Source of the DNA: Vicugna vicugna
Lineage: Eukaryota
Direction: 5' to 3'
NCBI GenBank assembly: GCA_013265495.1
Contig: MU057930.1
Coordinates: 71,599 to 135,598, forward strand
Length of the DNA stretch: 64,000 nt
The notes below the pieces were generated by a model. That model did not search any database, was not told the origin of the DNA, and was given only the letters and a program-made list of their open reading frames with translations. Of the stretch, positions 1 to 13,627 are shown piece by piece. Position 1 is the first letter of the stretch. Each line of letters starts with the position of its first letter. Made by a program: the position numbers and the translations under genes.

Positions 1-2014
1 AAGCTGAAGTGTGTTCCCCGGGCGCCGCGTGAGGGAGAGCGGCGTCACTTCTGAGCAGACGACGAGGCCCCATAAGCGATGCTTCCTCTGGTTCACACAA
101 CATATCCCTTTCTATCTACAGCTTAAAAAAAATGATCTCCGAGACTTGTAAGAGGACAGAAGACGTGTCAAACATGAAGCCACACGGGTCGGGTTTTGTC
201 AGAGGCGGTGGGATCCGGGAACAGGTGCCCGCGGTGGTGGCGGTAGGGGAGCCGGGCTGAGGGCTTGGCGGGTTTGTAGTTAAAAGTTTTTCCCGGCGTG
301 AGGCCATTCTTGAGTCTCGGGGGCTGTCGGAGCCCGAAGCTACACACCCCGTTTCAATCCAATTCAGCACAACAAACGTTTATTAAATGCTCACCAACAT
401 GTGGTTGGCTCCCAAGGCAAAGAAAGGCAATTTTGGAAAGAGGCCCCGCCGTCCTGGAGCGGACGACCAGCAGGGCAGGGAAAGGGGACAGAGGATGGGA
501 TTAAAAGTGTGCTGAACAGAGCTGCAGGCAGTGTACGTGCGGCCGGAGGAGGGGAAAAATGCATGCTTCATAATTGCATAATTATAGGGGGCCTTACGGT
601 TTTGGAAACGCTTTCACATCGATTATGCCAGCCATGTGCACAACACTCAGGAGAGAGCATTACCCAGAATTAACAAATTACGAAAACCGAGGGGCAGAGC
701 AGAGGGAGGGGAGGGGCTGCACTGAGTGGCCAGATCTCGGTCCTTCCAGAGACCCCAACCCTCTCCATCCTCCTCCTCCGTCTGCTTCCAGGTGACACAC
801 GTGCCCCCTGTGCGCGTGGCCCCGCGTATCAACTCCCTCCCCGCCTGCATTTCCGAAACCCCACCCTCTGTCTGCTCCTCGGAGCTGCAGACACACAGTC
901 GTGGCAGCCCGGCTGGCGTCCGGGAGGAGAGACCCGACTCTCACACCTCAGGGCTGACCGTCCTGAAGTCCCCGCTTGCCCGTCCCCCACTCTTCGGACA
1001 GGCACCACCACGCTCTCCGATTTCCCTGCATCAGAAACCCCAAAGGCTCCCCGAGTCTTTCTTCTTTCGTCTTTCATGGTCAACCAGCCAAGACCTGGCG
1101 ATTTTATCTCTGGCATCGTTTGCAGAATGATCTCCGTGTCTCCCTCACCGCCATGTGCGACCCCATCCCTGCAACAGCCCGACACCAGACCTCGGGGCCC
1201 CCTGTGGCCTCCCGTCCATCGGATGCTCTGCAGGTTGGATGCATCTGATCCTAAAACCCCGTCGCTGACGTCCTGGGACATGGTCCAGCCCCGGCGTCTG
1301 GGACACGCGTCGCACGTGACCGATGGTAAGCTTGTGCTCGTCTGCGTCCGCAGTGGGGCTGGGGCCGGCTGTCCTTACGACAACTGAGACGGAAGCAGCT
1401 CAGGTACTGCACGACTCCAGGGTGCACATGGGGACTCAGCTGAAATAGGGGCACGGAGGGTGTAACCAGCCTCCTCTTGAGCCACTGCATCACACCGAAG
1501 GTCCCAGTCTCGCTCAGGTCCTTGGAGCTTGGCCCAGCCTTCAACCCTCCCGCAAAGGCTGCACCCTCACCGAAGCCTCCTTCACGCCCAGCTCAACGTC
1601 TGCACCCCGTGTCTCCTGCCACTGACAATGGGTAGCTCGTTGCCACCAGACTTCTCCATCGAGCGCTCGTGAAAACGGCTGAGAAGCCAACCGATGGCTC
1701 ACCGGTGGCGTTCTGGTCGTTCTGGTCGCCCTGGTGCAATCGTGGGACGTGCCCGCACAACGCCCCCCTAACCGCCTTCACAGCTGTGTGCCCGGAGCAC
1801 GTGTGAGACGCCTGCAGTCCCAGAGGACGTCATGCCCGGACTCCCTGCTCCGTGCCTCCGGGCGAGCCCCAGCTGCCGGGACTTCTCCTCCACGGTGCGC
1901 CGGAGAGCTGGGCCGGGCCAACCTGCCCATGAAGGCAGCGTCTGAAGCCCACGAGCTCGCCAAAGACGCGAGACGGCAGTCTTGAGAGCTGAGGTCCGAG
2001 GGAAGAGTCGGGGG

Positions 2015-2400
2015 CCTGAGTTTCCTCTGGCTGCTCCCACAGGTCACCAGGAACGTGGCGGCTGAGAACCGTGCAACGCCGTCAACGTCTCCAAAGTCTA
2101 GGAGGTCAGACGCGTACCACGAACCCAGGCTCCCATCCAGGCGTGCGCAGGGCTGTGTCCCTTCTGCAAACTCCAGGTGGGAAGTCTGATTCCTGGTCTC
2201 CTCTCAACTCTCAGAGGCCACTGCATTCCGTGGCTCGTGGTCCCCTGCTCCACCTTCAAAGTCAGGAACCCCACCAGCTCTGCTCCGACTGCCACCTCTC
2301 CGTCTCGGGCTGTGACCCTCCCACCTGTCCGACGAGGACCCCCAGGAGGACATCGGGCTCCCCTAGACCAGCGAGGACCTCCGACAAGACACTGAATTCC
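2015..2400 (-). mobile_element. MaLR (MLT1-type) LTR fragment, strongly diverged
   Basis: agtttcctctggctgct...tctaggaggtcag...ctccaggtgggaagtctgattcctggtctc...cattccgtggctcgtggtcccc resembles the reverse MLT1C/D consensus. Confidence 0.6.
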
Positions 2401-3159
2401 AAGATGGGGGAGTCATGGGTGCCGGGTCCCCACAACATGATGGAAGGTCAGCTGGGGCTGTCGGGATTTTATAAGACGCTCTGAGACCGTGTTTGGAAGC
2501 GGGATGTGTGGTCCCTGACCATGGAGCAGCTCTGGAGACAGAAGCATCCTGGGACGTGCCTCCTGGAATGGATTAATTACGCCTCTCACCCTCGCAGCCC
2601 ATCCACCCAAATGCCCCGTGTTGCTTGCGTGGATTTAGATGCGTGATGAACAGAACCCGCCACGGCCGGTCCTGCATTCTGACGAGGGCCCGCTCTGCAC
2701 CACAGATGTGCTCATTTTCATCGGAGGCCTGATAAAGGCATTTTCAGAGGCCTGGGTTGCTGGGGAGAAGCCCCGATCAGGGGACCAGATGCGCTCAGCG
2801 TGGAGAACTGCGCTTTTTCCTGGGACACGCTGATCCAGAGGCCGCGGGGGAAGGAGCCGGGGTGGCGTCCCAGCGCCACGGCCCGACGGCCCGGGAGAGG
2901 TGGGTTTTCTATATCAGAGCTGCGTTTGGAAGGGCAGTCACGCCACCGGAGACCGTCCCTGACCCCACTGCACCGATGTGCAGAAAGGTCTGGATTTATT
3001 TGTAGAAAGAACCAATTAAGCTCTGATCTTTATAAACGTATCACTCTCCTGATTTCTTTTTCCCTCAAGGTCGTAATTGGTTTGCCCAGGTGACCGGCTC
3101 TGCATTTGGAACCAAGTTCACGGTGCTGGACAAGGCATAGAACAGAAGCTTCGGACGGA

Positions 3160-4469
3160 TGTGACAGAATGGCATCAAGGGACGCACGGACACGAGATCT
3201 CTGGTTTATTATAAAAGAACAGAACTCAGCAACAGCCAGATGGAAGACTCGTGCCCCGAGCAAGACTCGCGCAGGGGCACGAGTCCTCCCACGCCCTGTC
3301 CAGGCTGCCATGTCCCGGGACCGCCACGCGTTCACCAAGCAAGAAATCCTTTGAAGCGCCCCCTCCTTTTCTTTTTGTTTTTTATGGAGGCTTCCTCACA
3401 TAGGCACGGTTGGTTACATCACTGGCCCCTGGTGTTGGATTCAGACCCCAGCCCTTCTGCCCGTCCTCGGAGGCTAGGGTGGGGCTGAAATTTCCAACCC
3501 TTTATTATATTATTTTTTAAATCATACGTATATACATTTTTTTATTGAGTTATAGTCAGTTTACAATGTTGTGTCAATTTATGGTGTACAGCACAGTGCT
3601 TCAGTCATACATGAATATATTCATTTTCATATTCTTTTTCACCGTGAGCTACCACAAGATCTTGTATATATTTATCTATACATATAAACATATGTATATG
3701 TTTATCTATTCTGTATATACCTGTCAGTATTTACAAATCTTGCACCCCCAGTCTGTCCCTTCCCACCCCTCTCCCACCTGGCAACTACAAGTTTGTATTC
3801 TATGTCTGTGAGTCTGTTTCTGTTTTATATTTAAGTTCATTTGTCTTCTTCCTTTTTTTTTTAGATTCCACATATGAGCGATCTCATATGGTATTTCTCC
3901 TTCTCTTTCTGGCTTACTTCACTTAGAATGACATTCTCCAGATTCATCCATGTCACTGCAAATGGCATTATTTCACTCTTTTTCATGGCTGAGTAGTATT
4001 CCATTGTATGACTATACCACAGCTTCTTTATCCAGTCATCTGTCGATGGACATTTAGGCTGTTTCCATGTCTTGGCGATTGTAAATAGTGGTGCTATGAA
4101 CATTGGGATGCAGGTGTCTTTCTAAATTAGTGTTCCTGCTGGATCTGTGCCCAGTAGTGGGATTCTGGGTCATATGGCAAGCGTATTTTTAGTCTTTTGA
4201 GGAATCTCCATACTGTTTTCCACAGTGTCAGCACCAAACTGCATTGCCACCAGCAGTGAAATTTCCAACGCTTTAAATCTCCGCTTGGTTCCCCTGGCAA
4301 CCAGCCCCCCATCCTGAGGTGAGGGCCAGAGGTCACCTCATTCACATAACAAGAGACACCTTTCTGGCTCTCATCACTCAGTCAATTTCAAGGGTTTCAG
4401 GAGCTCTGTGCCAGAAACGGGGACAAAGACCAAATACGTATATTTCTCTTTAGAAACCACCATATCACA
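3160..4469 (-). mobile_element. MER21-like ERV LTR interrupted by an L1 insertion
   Basis: Ends ...aagggtttcaggagctctgtgccagaaacggggacaaagaccaaata...atatcaca, the reverse of the MER21 5' end. LTR sequence resumes after the L1. Confidence 0.65.
3505..4256 (-). mobile_element. 5'-truncated LINE-1 (ORF2 C-terminus + 3' UTR) with 19-bp TSD
   Basis: ORF 3861-4103 MFIAPLFTIAKTWKQPKCPSTDDWIKKLW...EYYSAMKK is the L1 ORF2 C-terminus. TSD tgaaatttccaac(c/g)cttta at 3486-3504 and 4257-4275. Confidence 0.92.
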
Positions 4470-4574
4470 AGCGTCCAGAAAGACGTGTGCAAAACAAGAG
4501 AGGACTTATATTCAGTCAGGAAACAGCCCCATCTGAAACCTCCATGCTCCCTCCATGATGTTAAAATGCCCCCC

Positions 4575-4825
4575 TCCCAGGGATAGATTAGGAGTTCAGG
4601 ATTTGCAGACACTAACTACTATACATAAAGTAAATAAACAAAGTCGCACCGTACAGCACAGGGAACTGTATTCAATATCTTGTAACGAGCTGTAATGGGA
4701 AAGAATCTGAGAATACATACATATACATGAATGTATATGTGTAACTGAATTGCTTGGCTGTTCGCCTGACACTAACATTGTAAATCAACCACACTTCAAT
4801 AAAGAATAAGAATTATTAAAAAAAA
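4575..4825 (+). mobile_element. LINE-1 3' UTR end
   Basis: agggatagattaggagtt...gtacagcacagggaact...cattgtaaatcaacc...cttcaataaag followed by an A-rich tail. Confidence 0.85.
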
Positions 4826-5189
4826 TGCCTTTCCCAAATTCATTTCCTTTAGGGTGATGACACCAAGTCCGAGGAGTGGCCGACAACTGAAATGTAGGGG
4901 AAAAAAAAAAAAGCAAACACGTCCGCAGAAAGAGACACCCCGGTCGTGAATCCTGTTTTGATAAAAGGCAATCCGGAAAAAACACTTGGGTTTGGGGTCA
5001 GGAGGGGCAAGACAGGAGAGGGGTGGGGAGGGCACCGCTGGAGAGGAGAGGGAATTCGGAACAAATGGTGACCGTGCGCGGGTCTGTCCGCGATCAGCGA
5101 AGGAGGGACCAGTGGATGTGCGGGTTGGGGTTTGTACACGGGTATCGGCTGGAACCCCTACCTCACGCCCTGCAGACATCCTCCAGGCT

Positions 5190-5647
5190 GCATAAGGAGC
5201 TGACTGCCACGAGGGTAAAATAAAACTTCTTTCATGGCAAGACTAGAACAATTTACACGTAACAGTTTTCTCTGCCCTTCAGCCTCCTCTCCCCACACTG
5301 CGCACTCTGCGTCTGCATTAGGCATGGACCAAACCTCGCCCCTACCTTGGCAAAAACACCTGCTCAGCCCTCAAGAGCGACCTTCTCCCAGCATAAACAA
5401 GACAGCTCCTTAAAGAGAATGTTCCTTCAGGATGTTGTAAGGGGTCACAGGACACACCAGGACGCCGCTTACACCTGGATTCTGTACACAATACATCATT
5501 TGATGAACTCTGTCTCAAAAACCTTCTATCACTGTGCTTTGATTTCACATGGGCGGGACAGTTTTCAGACAACTATAAGCCTCAAATTTTGTTCAAATAA
5601 AGTTTTCCATTTATCTCTTAGATGGACAGATTACTTTTTCGTCAACA
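5190..5647 (+). mobile_element. ERV1-class (MER41-like) solo LTR
   Basis: AATAAA near 5596 and a terminal ttttcgtcaaca typical of these LTR 3' ends. The 5' boundary is uncertain. Confidence 0.45.
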
Positions 5648-6412
5648 CAACTGAAAGCACTGGAGCTGGAATTCCTCAGCAAGAGGCCAACCCAGAAACC
5701 ATGCAAAGTAGACAACAAACCAGAAGGACCCCCTGAAAGAATGAATGACAACAAAAAAATGTCCTAACCTCTCGATTCATTGTGACGTAAAGGACTTTCT
5801 CGAAGACCAGAAGGCACAAGAATTATGGGGGTAAAAATGTGGAATATGAAACACTCGGTTACGTTTCTGATATGCAGGAAGATTTCTTTTTTCTGAATCA
5901 TCACCCAACCCCCAACAAAACACACATGGAACACCGTCCCCATTGGACAAGAGCAAATACTTCACACGAGATGTCACGTTCATAAAGGTGAGCTGAACTT
6001 TAAATGGAACCACAGAGGGGAATTTGGGCACTCAGGAGATGTAGGTTTGGAGGTCCTGGTGAGAAAGAAATAATTATAGACAGCGTCACCAGATGCTGGG
6101 GACCAGTGGCATCCGTTAATTCGGCTTTGTCAGCATCTGGGTTCCGGGGTGGCCCCAAATTCTGGACGAAGGACAAGGGGAGGTGGAGAGCTCATGTAAT
6201 CGCTATGATTTACGGCCCCCGCCTTCCCCTCCAGGGCTCCGACAGTCACGTCCTCATTTCTGTGACCCTGCGGGGAGGGAGAAATGAAGGCTGCCCACCC
6301 GCCAGGGCTGTGGGAGCCCAAGCATTTGCTGCTGAATCAGCACCGCCCACAGAACGAAGATGTGCAGAGGGAAGAAAAGGTAATTCTAACAATCAGCAAG
6401 ATGACTGCCCAC

Positions 6413-6502
6413 GGGGAGGGTGTAGCTCAGTAGTGGAGCACGTGCTTAGCATGCACAAGGTCCTGGGTTCAATCCCCGGTGCCTCCATTAAAGAAAAAAA
6501 AA
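6413..6502 (+). mobile_element. tRNA-derived SINE (camelid Vic-1-like)
   Basis: ggggagggtgtagctcagtagtgg (A box) ...gggttcaatccc (B box), A tail, TSD aagatgactg at 6398-6407 and 6503-6512. Confidence 0.9.
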
Positions 6503-7905
6503 AAGATGACTGTGCAGGAAACACACAATATGAGTGCTAATGGAAAAAAAAATGCAGATTTATGCAGGTTTAAATGGGACTGCGTTTGGTCCGGGAGCAA
6601 GATACTAGAGAAACATAAGCAGAAATGAGGTGGGGAAATCAGGGTACTGGATGTTCTGTGTGCATGGCCTCTAGAGAAACAAACTCCTTTTGAAGAATTT
6701 GATGCTTAAGAAATCATCCGAGAAAACAGCCACATGGAATGTGTCCAGGGGCCCTGTCCCACCCTGGCTGTGAAATTTCACCCCTGGGCCTCCAGGGGTG
6801 ACACTGGTCTTTACAAGTCCCACTGGGTTAACCTGGCGATTAAACGTGTATAAAGGAATTCATTTTAGCCTGTCTTGTATGAAGGGTGATGGACGGGAAG
6901 TTAATTTTTTCTTTAACGATTACTGTACTTATCAGGGTAAAACGGGTAACGGACTAAATGTACCAAAAAGGAAGCTGGATAAAGAAACAAACGCCCCAAG
7001 GGCAATATAGAGGAGGGAGGGGAGAAAGATGGGCAAACGTATGCACAAAACAAACTACGAGGACCTACTGTGCAGCACAGGGAACACAGTCAGTATTTTA
7101 CACTAACTATAAATGGACTATAACCTTAAAAAAAAAAGAAACAGACACCCTTGCATACTCGATCCTGTCGGATCACTCTGTTTGGACAAACAGAAACGGG
7201 AAGGATGAAACATGAGGTGGGATTCAAAGGGCCTTGGATTTCCTCGTTCGTAGCTTCTGCGTCATTTAAGCCATGTTCGTGGGGGCGGGCACAACTCACT
7301 AGCCCTTCTGTGTGTCCCTGGCTCCTACTCGCTGGGTCCTGTGCCACGTGTCACGGGCTCAGGTGGTCCCCCTGGACGGTGAGAGTGCTGCGTATTTCAG
7401 TCACGCCTCTACCGTCACCTGGGTGCCCCATGGGGAGGCAACTTCGATGTTCACTCTGTGAGAAACTGAGGGACCAGGCAGTGCCTTTCGAGGGCATGGA
7501 AACCAAGGTCACCAGAGACACCGGAAGGAGACCCCGCACACCACCTCGTCTTTGAAGAAATTACCCTCCGAGAAACCAATCAGACCTGATTCAGAAACAC
7601 CTGCAATCCGAGGGTCTTTGGAAGCAGCAGAAAAGCCCACCGCCCTCCTCTGCCCCAGATCACTTTTCTACTTCACAGAAAAAAATACTGTCAACCATGG
7701 GCCTGCATGGGAATGGCTCGTCTCTGTTCCCTGTCTCAGGGATGGGGCCACAGGCTCTGAGACCACGAGGGCGGTCACCGTTCTGAGGACTCAGAGGACA
7801 AGCCTAACCAGCCCACCCCGCTAAGTGGTGGCTGCACCCGATTCTGCACAAATGGCCCTGAGGTGGCCGTCCCTGCCCCCTCGGATCACGCCCTCGGAGC
7901 CTTAC

Positions 7906-8113
7906 CTTGGAAAACCACCAGCCGAATATCTTCTTCATGAGCCCCGTGCCCCAGAAGACATGTCTGTAGAGGTTGGTGTTGACCACGCCGGGGTCGGCCA
8001 CGTTGGCGGTCACGTGGCTGCCAGCGGCGGCCAGCAGCGCCTGCAGGTGGTAGGTGAACAGCACCAGGGCCAGCTTGCTCTGGGCGTAGGCGCCGTGCGC
8101 CGAGTAGCCGCTC
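7906..8113 (-). CDS. DHRSX: DHRSX coding exon 6 (208 bp), contains the catalytic YxxxK motif (YAQSK)
   Basis: Encodes SGYSAHGAYAQSKLALVLFTYHLQALLAAAGSHVTANVADPGVVNTNLYRHVFWGTGLMKKIFGWWFSK. Acceptor cag| at 8114-8116, donor |gtaagg at 7900-7905, phase matches the previous exon. Confidence 0.96.
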
Positions 8114-8711
8114 CTGCGGGGTTGGGAGCGGGGAGCAGGTGTGAGGGGAGGTCTCCAAACCCAGGCCGCCGGCATCACCGAGGGACGCCCCCAGGTCTCA
8201 GTGCAGGGACGTGGACGGTGTGCACTGCCGGGAACTGGCTGCTCTGTTTCTTCCTCTTCGGAATGTTCTACACTTGGGAGATGCACTGACGCCTGTCCTG
8301 CTCTGATGCAGAATCACCAGCTCCTCCCTGTCGACACCTGTTTCTCACACTTTAGGTTATTTCCCGGGGCTGGCGGGGGTGCACAGAGGGAAAACCAGGA
8401 TGCCTGCAGGACAAAACCCATCACTGCTCCTCCATTAGGGATGGCTCGCCTTCTTCGTGCCCCAACAGCTCCTTTTCCTTAAAGTTAATTTTCTTTGATA
8501 GGAATACAGCCCCCACCCATAGACAAGGTTACGTTTACGCTTTCAACTTCAGTGGTGTCTCCTGAGTTAGGAGAAAAGCCATCCCTGCAATTCACCCTTG
8601 TAGGAGTTTAACATGAGGATTAAAAATAATAATAATAAATTAAAACAAAACAAAAATCAGAATCATTATATTAGATGCAGAAAAAGCACTCGCTGGGATT
8701 CAACCACACTT

Positions 8712-8899
8712 TTGTTTTTGTTTTTTGTTTTTAATTTTGTTCTTTATTTATTTTTAATTTCTATTTTTTAATTAAAAAAATTTGGGGGGTAATTAAGTTT
8801 ACTTACTTACTTATTTTTTTAGAGGAGGCACTGGGGATTGAACCCCGGACCTTGTGCACGCTAAGCATGTGCTCTACCACTTGAGCTGTACCCTCCCCC
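8712..8899 (-). mobile_element. tRNA-derived SINE (Vic-1-like)
   Basis: ctggggattgaacccc...tgagctgtaccctccccc with T-rich tail. Imperfect TSD ttcaac(ca/ac)cacttt on both sides. Confidence 0.9.
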
Positions 8900-8984
8900 T
8901 TTCAACACCACTTTTGGATAAAAGCTCTTACCAAATACGATCGAATAACTGAAAAAAGTAAACTCAACTTTGAATGATTCAGAA

Positions 8985-9680
8985 AAGCGAAATGTTGTAG
9001 CCACTATAGAAAACAGAAGGGAGGCTCCTTAAAAAACTAAAAATAAGACTTACCATCTGACCCAGAAATCCCACACCTGGACATATATCTGGAGGGAACT
9101 CTAATTTGAAAAGACACCTGCATCCCATGTTCATGGCAGCACTATTTACAATAGCGAAGACATGGAAGCAACCTAAATGTCCATCCACAGACAACTGAGT
9201 AAAGAAGTTATGGTGTCTACACACAATGGAATACTATTCAGCCATGAAAAAGAACGAAATAATGCCATCTGCAGCAACATGGATAGACCTGGAGATTGTC
9301 ATTCTAAGTGAAGTAAATCAGACACAGAAGGACAAATACCATATGATATCACCTATATGTGGAATCTTAAAAAAATGGCACAAATAAACTAATTTATGAA
9401 ACAGAAACAGACTCACAGATGGAGAAAATTTATGGTTACCAAAGTGGCAGGGAGGGATAAATTAGGAGTTTGGCATTAGCTGGTACAAACCACTATATAT
9501 TAGATAGATAAACAAAAAGGTCCTACTGTACAGCACAGGGAACTCTATTCAATAGCTTATAATAACCTATAATTAAAATGAATCCAAAAAAGAACATATA
9601 TACATACAACTGAACCACTTTGCTGTACACCAGAAACTAACACAACATCGCAAATTAGCTCTACTTCAATTAAAAAAAAA
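8985..9680 (+). mobile_element. LINE-1 3' fragment (ORF2 end + 3' UTR + poly-A)
   Basis: gcagcactatttacaatagcgaagacatggaagcaacctaaatgtcc...cttcaattaaaaaaaaa. Confidence 0.92.
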
Positions 9681-11080
9681 TGTTTTAAGTGAAATGAGAA
9701 AACGTTACCAAGGAAAGCACATAAAAGGAAAAAAATGATAAAAGCAAAAGGGAAATACTTAAAAACACAGAAAAACAGTGCAAGTAGAAATGATATCATT
9801 GGGAAATCATCCTTGTACTTAGTTGCCTGCTGAGACTTTCTGAGAAACCTCACAGCATTCTTCTAAACAGCACGCGTCAGCGCCTGCAGTCTGTCCACGT
9901 GACAAGCATGCCCACCCCTCCGGGATGTGGTCCCACCTCCTGCCCCTTTCTGGGCAGCATCTTTCTTCCTCATCTGCTTGTCCCCACATCCCCAGAATCA
10001 ACCCACTTGTCCCAAGTGGCCACATGCAACCTCTGAGGCTTGGCCTGGGGTCCATGCAATTTAAGCTGGAAAACAAACCCCAGGTCCTTTGTCTCAGAGA
10101 TGAGTCGGAGCAGGTCATCCAAGGGTGACAGCACACGAGCTGCTGAAGGAGTTCCAAACACAACTTCTTTTGGAGGGAGGAACTGTGACAAAAAAAATAG
10201 GGCAGTTCTGGGCACACATTCTCTCCCCTGAGCCAAGATGAGCCCCAATCCCCCAATTACCATCAAGACACTGGTTTTTGGCAAATTCCTTCTGTCTCTT
10301 CACTGCAGGGGAGGAGGAAACTGCAGGAAAGAGGGAGTGATTAAGTAGGAGGAGATGAAAGCTGAAATTTCATCTTGGCGTTGGGCCAGTTCGACATCAC
10401 ATACACACATTCGACCCTGCACTTACAGGGTTGTTTGGGAGGAAACAGGAGTGATGAATTTAGAAAGAAGACGGTGAGACATACACGAGCAGAATTCTCA
10501 AGGGTAAATCGACGGCTTGTGTAATTACGGTTTTATACAGCAGGCAGACAAGAGAGAACTGAAATTCTTTAAAAATAGTACGTGAGGGAAAAAGCCAATA
10601 CATGTCTCTGTGGGAGGGGAAAGAAAAGAATTCCAAGAGTACACGTAAGTTCAGAAGAGGTTCCCTGGTAGATTTAAGGATAAAGAAATACTCACAGTGG
10701 ACATGGGAAAAGAATGAAAGCCAACACACAAGAGGACGTGATTCCGCCATGAAGATTTGTAAATGAAACCTCAAGGAATGAGCAGAGACATCTGATGTTT
10801 AAAACAATGAAGAAACTCCTACAACGTTAACAGAAGAAAGGCAGGCGAAGGCAGACTCAACCCACAAACTAACACGGAGGTGAAAGAAATTCATGAGATG
10901 CCTACATGGCTTGAGTCGAAACGTGAGATTTTTAATAACCGCTTTTGTAATAAATGGTGTCAAAAGGCAGAACCTGAAACCATGAAAATACATTTGTTTT
11001 TTAAAAAAACAATTTATTGATAGAACTACTTAATAAATAATGTGAAACAAAAGTAGAGACAGTGCTGGGGTAGACTTTTT

Positions 11081-11405
11081 GTCGGGAAGGAAAAACTTTT
11101 CTCCTATACTTTTGAGTTCTGTCACGAGGGCATGCAAATTAAACTGGCACCTGCCAAATTAACAAGAAAAAAAATACCAATTTTACTTCTAATTCTACAC
11201 ATGTGTGGGACTTCTTAGGAAAGAAGTGAAACTCCAAAAGAGTTGAGAAGTCTTGTTTCTTAAACAAGCATGAGCTTATGCTTTTATTCAGATAAGGAAA
11301 GTTCCAGAAAGCCACCTTTCTGCATATCTTGTGTCTCAGTAGCCTCCAGCTCAAAATAATCTTTATGTGGACGTGGCATATATTCGGTTGGCATATTGAG
11401 ACAAC
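11081..11405 (-). mobile_element. MER34-like ERV1 LTR fragment (a second partial copy lies near 11965-12075)
   Basis: cagctcaaaataatctttatg...gtggcatatattcggttggcatatt resembles the reverse MER34 5' end. cctatacttttgagttctgtc...gcaaatt recurs near 11995. Confidence 0.5.
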
Positions 11406-12236
11406 CGTCTCTCTCGCTGCCTTGCAGACAAGAGAATGAAAGGTGAATGGTAGTTTGAACACCATATACGCATCTCTGTGTATGGAATCAAAGGCTCAAC
11501 AATTCTCTAAAGGACTGTTGGTTGAAAACCTAGGAGAACATTACTGAGAGATGGGAAACCCTACTCTAAATTGCAGCACCATGGCTTTCTGCCTGGGAAG
11601 AAGACTGTGGGTTTTTGGATGCCTTCATTTCATATAAAAAGTGTTTGCTGTTTACTAGAGTGACGATTTTACCTGGTCTAGGTCTGCCATTGATCTGAGA
11701 ACTGGCCGAGGCCCACTGCAGTAGTTACACCGCTGCCCTGAGCTACTCAAGTCCAGGAGCTCCGTGGACGTGGTCAGCAAATGCCCCCTTTCTTAGCAAG
11801 ATGCCAGGAACATAGCAGGCCCTCCGTTTCTGCTGAGCCAATGAGGTTTTCAAGTTCTCATCAAAGAAAAAAATTACTATTGCCAAAGACAATACATGCA
11901 CATCCACGTATTTGAACTTATAAAAATATATACATGTAAGGCTTACATTTTAATAAGGTAAAATGCAGGAAGAGAAAAAAACATTTTTTTCCCTCTATAC
12001 TTTTAGATTCTGTCCTGGGGCCTGCAAATCAGACTGATAAAGGACAGTGTAACAAGGGAAAACAGTTTTAATTAGGTCTCATGTTCCAGAGGATAACAGA
12101 ATTAGAGACCAGAATTAGAGACTTGGCCGTGCCTCAGAGCTCAGTGATGACTGACTCTCCAATGGAAAGTCAGGGTGAAATTATGTGTCTTAAAAGGTTA
12201 AAGGTGGATCAACTGGGGAAAGACACGTGGTGACTT

Positions 12237-12879
12237 TTAGGGGGCTAAACTGTTCCCCCCCCAAAAAAAAGATCTGTGGAAGTCCTAACCCTCAGGACCT
12301 CAGAATAGGACCTAACTGGGACATAGGGTCCTTAGGGTCCTTTTTTAAAAATTTATTTGGGGGGGGCGCTATTAGATTTACTTATTTGTTTATTTTTGAA
12401 GGAGGTCCTGGTGGGGTATTAAACATGGTTAGCATGTGCGCTACCACTGAGCTATAACCTCCCCCGACCTGCCACAGGGTCTTTAGAGAGATAATGAAGT
12501 TAACATGAGCTTGGGTGGGTGGGCTGCAATTCAATATGACTGGTGTCCTTCTAAAAAGGGGAATCTGGGGCAAAGAGACAGGCACACAGAGGAGGAGACC
12601 ATGTGAAGTCCCAGAGAGATGACAGGGGCGGAGATGACGGCAGAGATGGGGAGATGCGTTACAAACCTGAGGAACCCCAAGGATGGGCAGAAAACACCAG
12701 AAGCTGGCAAGAAGCCTGGAAGAAACCAGAACCTCCTTCCCCTAGAACCTCACCACCCTGTCCAACCAACCGACCTCGATCTCGGATTTCCCACCTCCAG
12801 GACTGGGAGGGAATAAACTGGTGTTCTCAGCCACCCAGTCTGCAGGACTTTGTCACCATGGCCCCAGGGAACTCGTACA
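12237..12879 (+). mobile_element. MaLR (MLT1-type) LTR containing a nested SINE
   Basis: ggctaaactgttcccccc...gaagtcctaaccctcaggacctcagaat...atgactggtgtccttctaaaaagggga...cctccaggactggga...gccccagggaactcgtaca. Confidence 0.8.
12341..12465 (-). mobile_element. tRNA-derived SINE (internally deleted) inside an LTR
   Basis: tagcatgtgcgctaccactgagctataacctcccc, flanked by agggtc(c/t)ttag repeats. Confidence 0.8.
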
Positions 12880-13627
12880 AGAAGCAGCAGAAAAAAGGCG
12901 GACTTTCCCAATGCTGATGTGTTGCACCAAAGAAGAAGGAAGACAGAAAGCCAATGAAATAAGGAGATGTTCCTCCCCGGGAGAGGGTAAGCCCGTAAGA
13001 AGCACGTATCTTGGGAGGGACGATGAACCCAAGAGGAGGGTGTCCTTCCCCTCCAGAAGGAGACAGCAGGGGGGACCCGGTGGAAGTCCACTCTGAGCCC
13101 TGGTCTCCAGGTGGACCTTGGTGCACGAGGCCACTGGAAACACGTCAGGTTTTACCCAAAAGAAGCACCTTGGTTAACGGCACAGTACGCAGCCACCCCT
13201 GCAGCCAGGAGGCCCTGCTCACTCTGCCACCAAGAGCCATCCCATCTTGTCCGAGGTCAGAGCTAGGACTGGGGAGAGGGTGGGACTCATCTGCCTGGTC
13301 TGGGTGAACAGCAAAGTGATTCAGTTATATGTCCATTTTTTTTTTCCAGATTACTTTCCCACCCCCCGGGTTCTGATAGAACAGGTCAGAAATGGCCGGG
13401 AGTGAGGTATGCCTGTGCAAACCCCAGGGCTCCTGCAGGACTCTGGGTGTGGCTCAGGCATCCCTCACGCCCATCCCAGCACAGCTCAGATTCCACAGGA
13501 CCTGGAAGACCCTCTTACAGCCCAGCACGGGGGACAGGAGACCCACAGAATGGGGCAGGGAGGGGGGCGCTTAACACAACAGGAATTCACTTCCTCCCAG
13601 TTCTGCAGACCAGACATCTGCCATTAA

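Noticed and set aside
3861..4103. ORFs resembling a real protein C-terminus (also at 13571, 16947, 19181, 53437 and 57217)
   Set aside because: Fragments of L1 ORF2 in truncated, inactive copies.
6413..6490. tRNA-like sequences with A and B boxes (also at ~8.8, 12.4, 17.8, 24.1, 28.0, 29.9, 30.1, 34.7, 42.9 and 49.0 kb)
   Set aside because: They have A-rich tails, TSDs and mutual divergence typical of a tRNA-derived SINE family, not functional tRNA genes.
1..7905. Search for the DHRSX terminal exon
   Set aside because: No TPDEGAW-like coding segment was recognised on the minus strand; it probably lies beyond the left edge.
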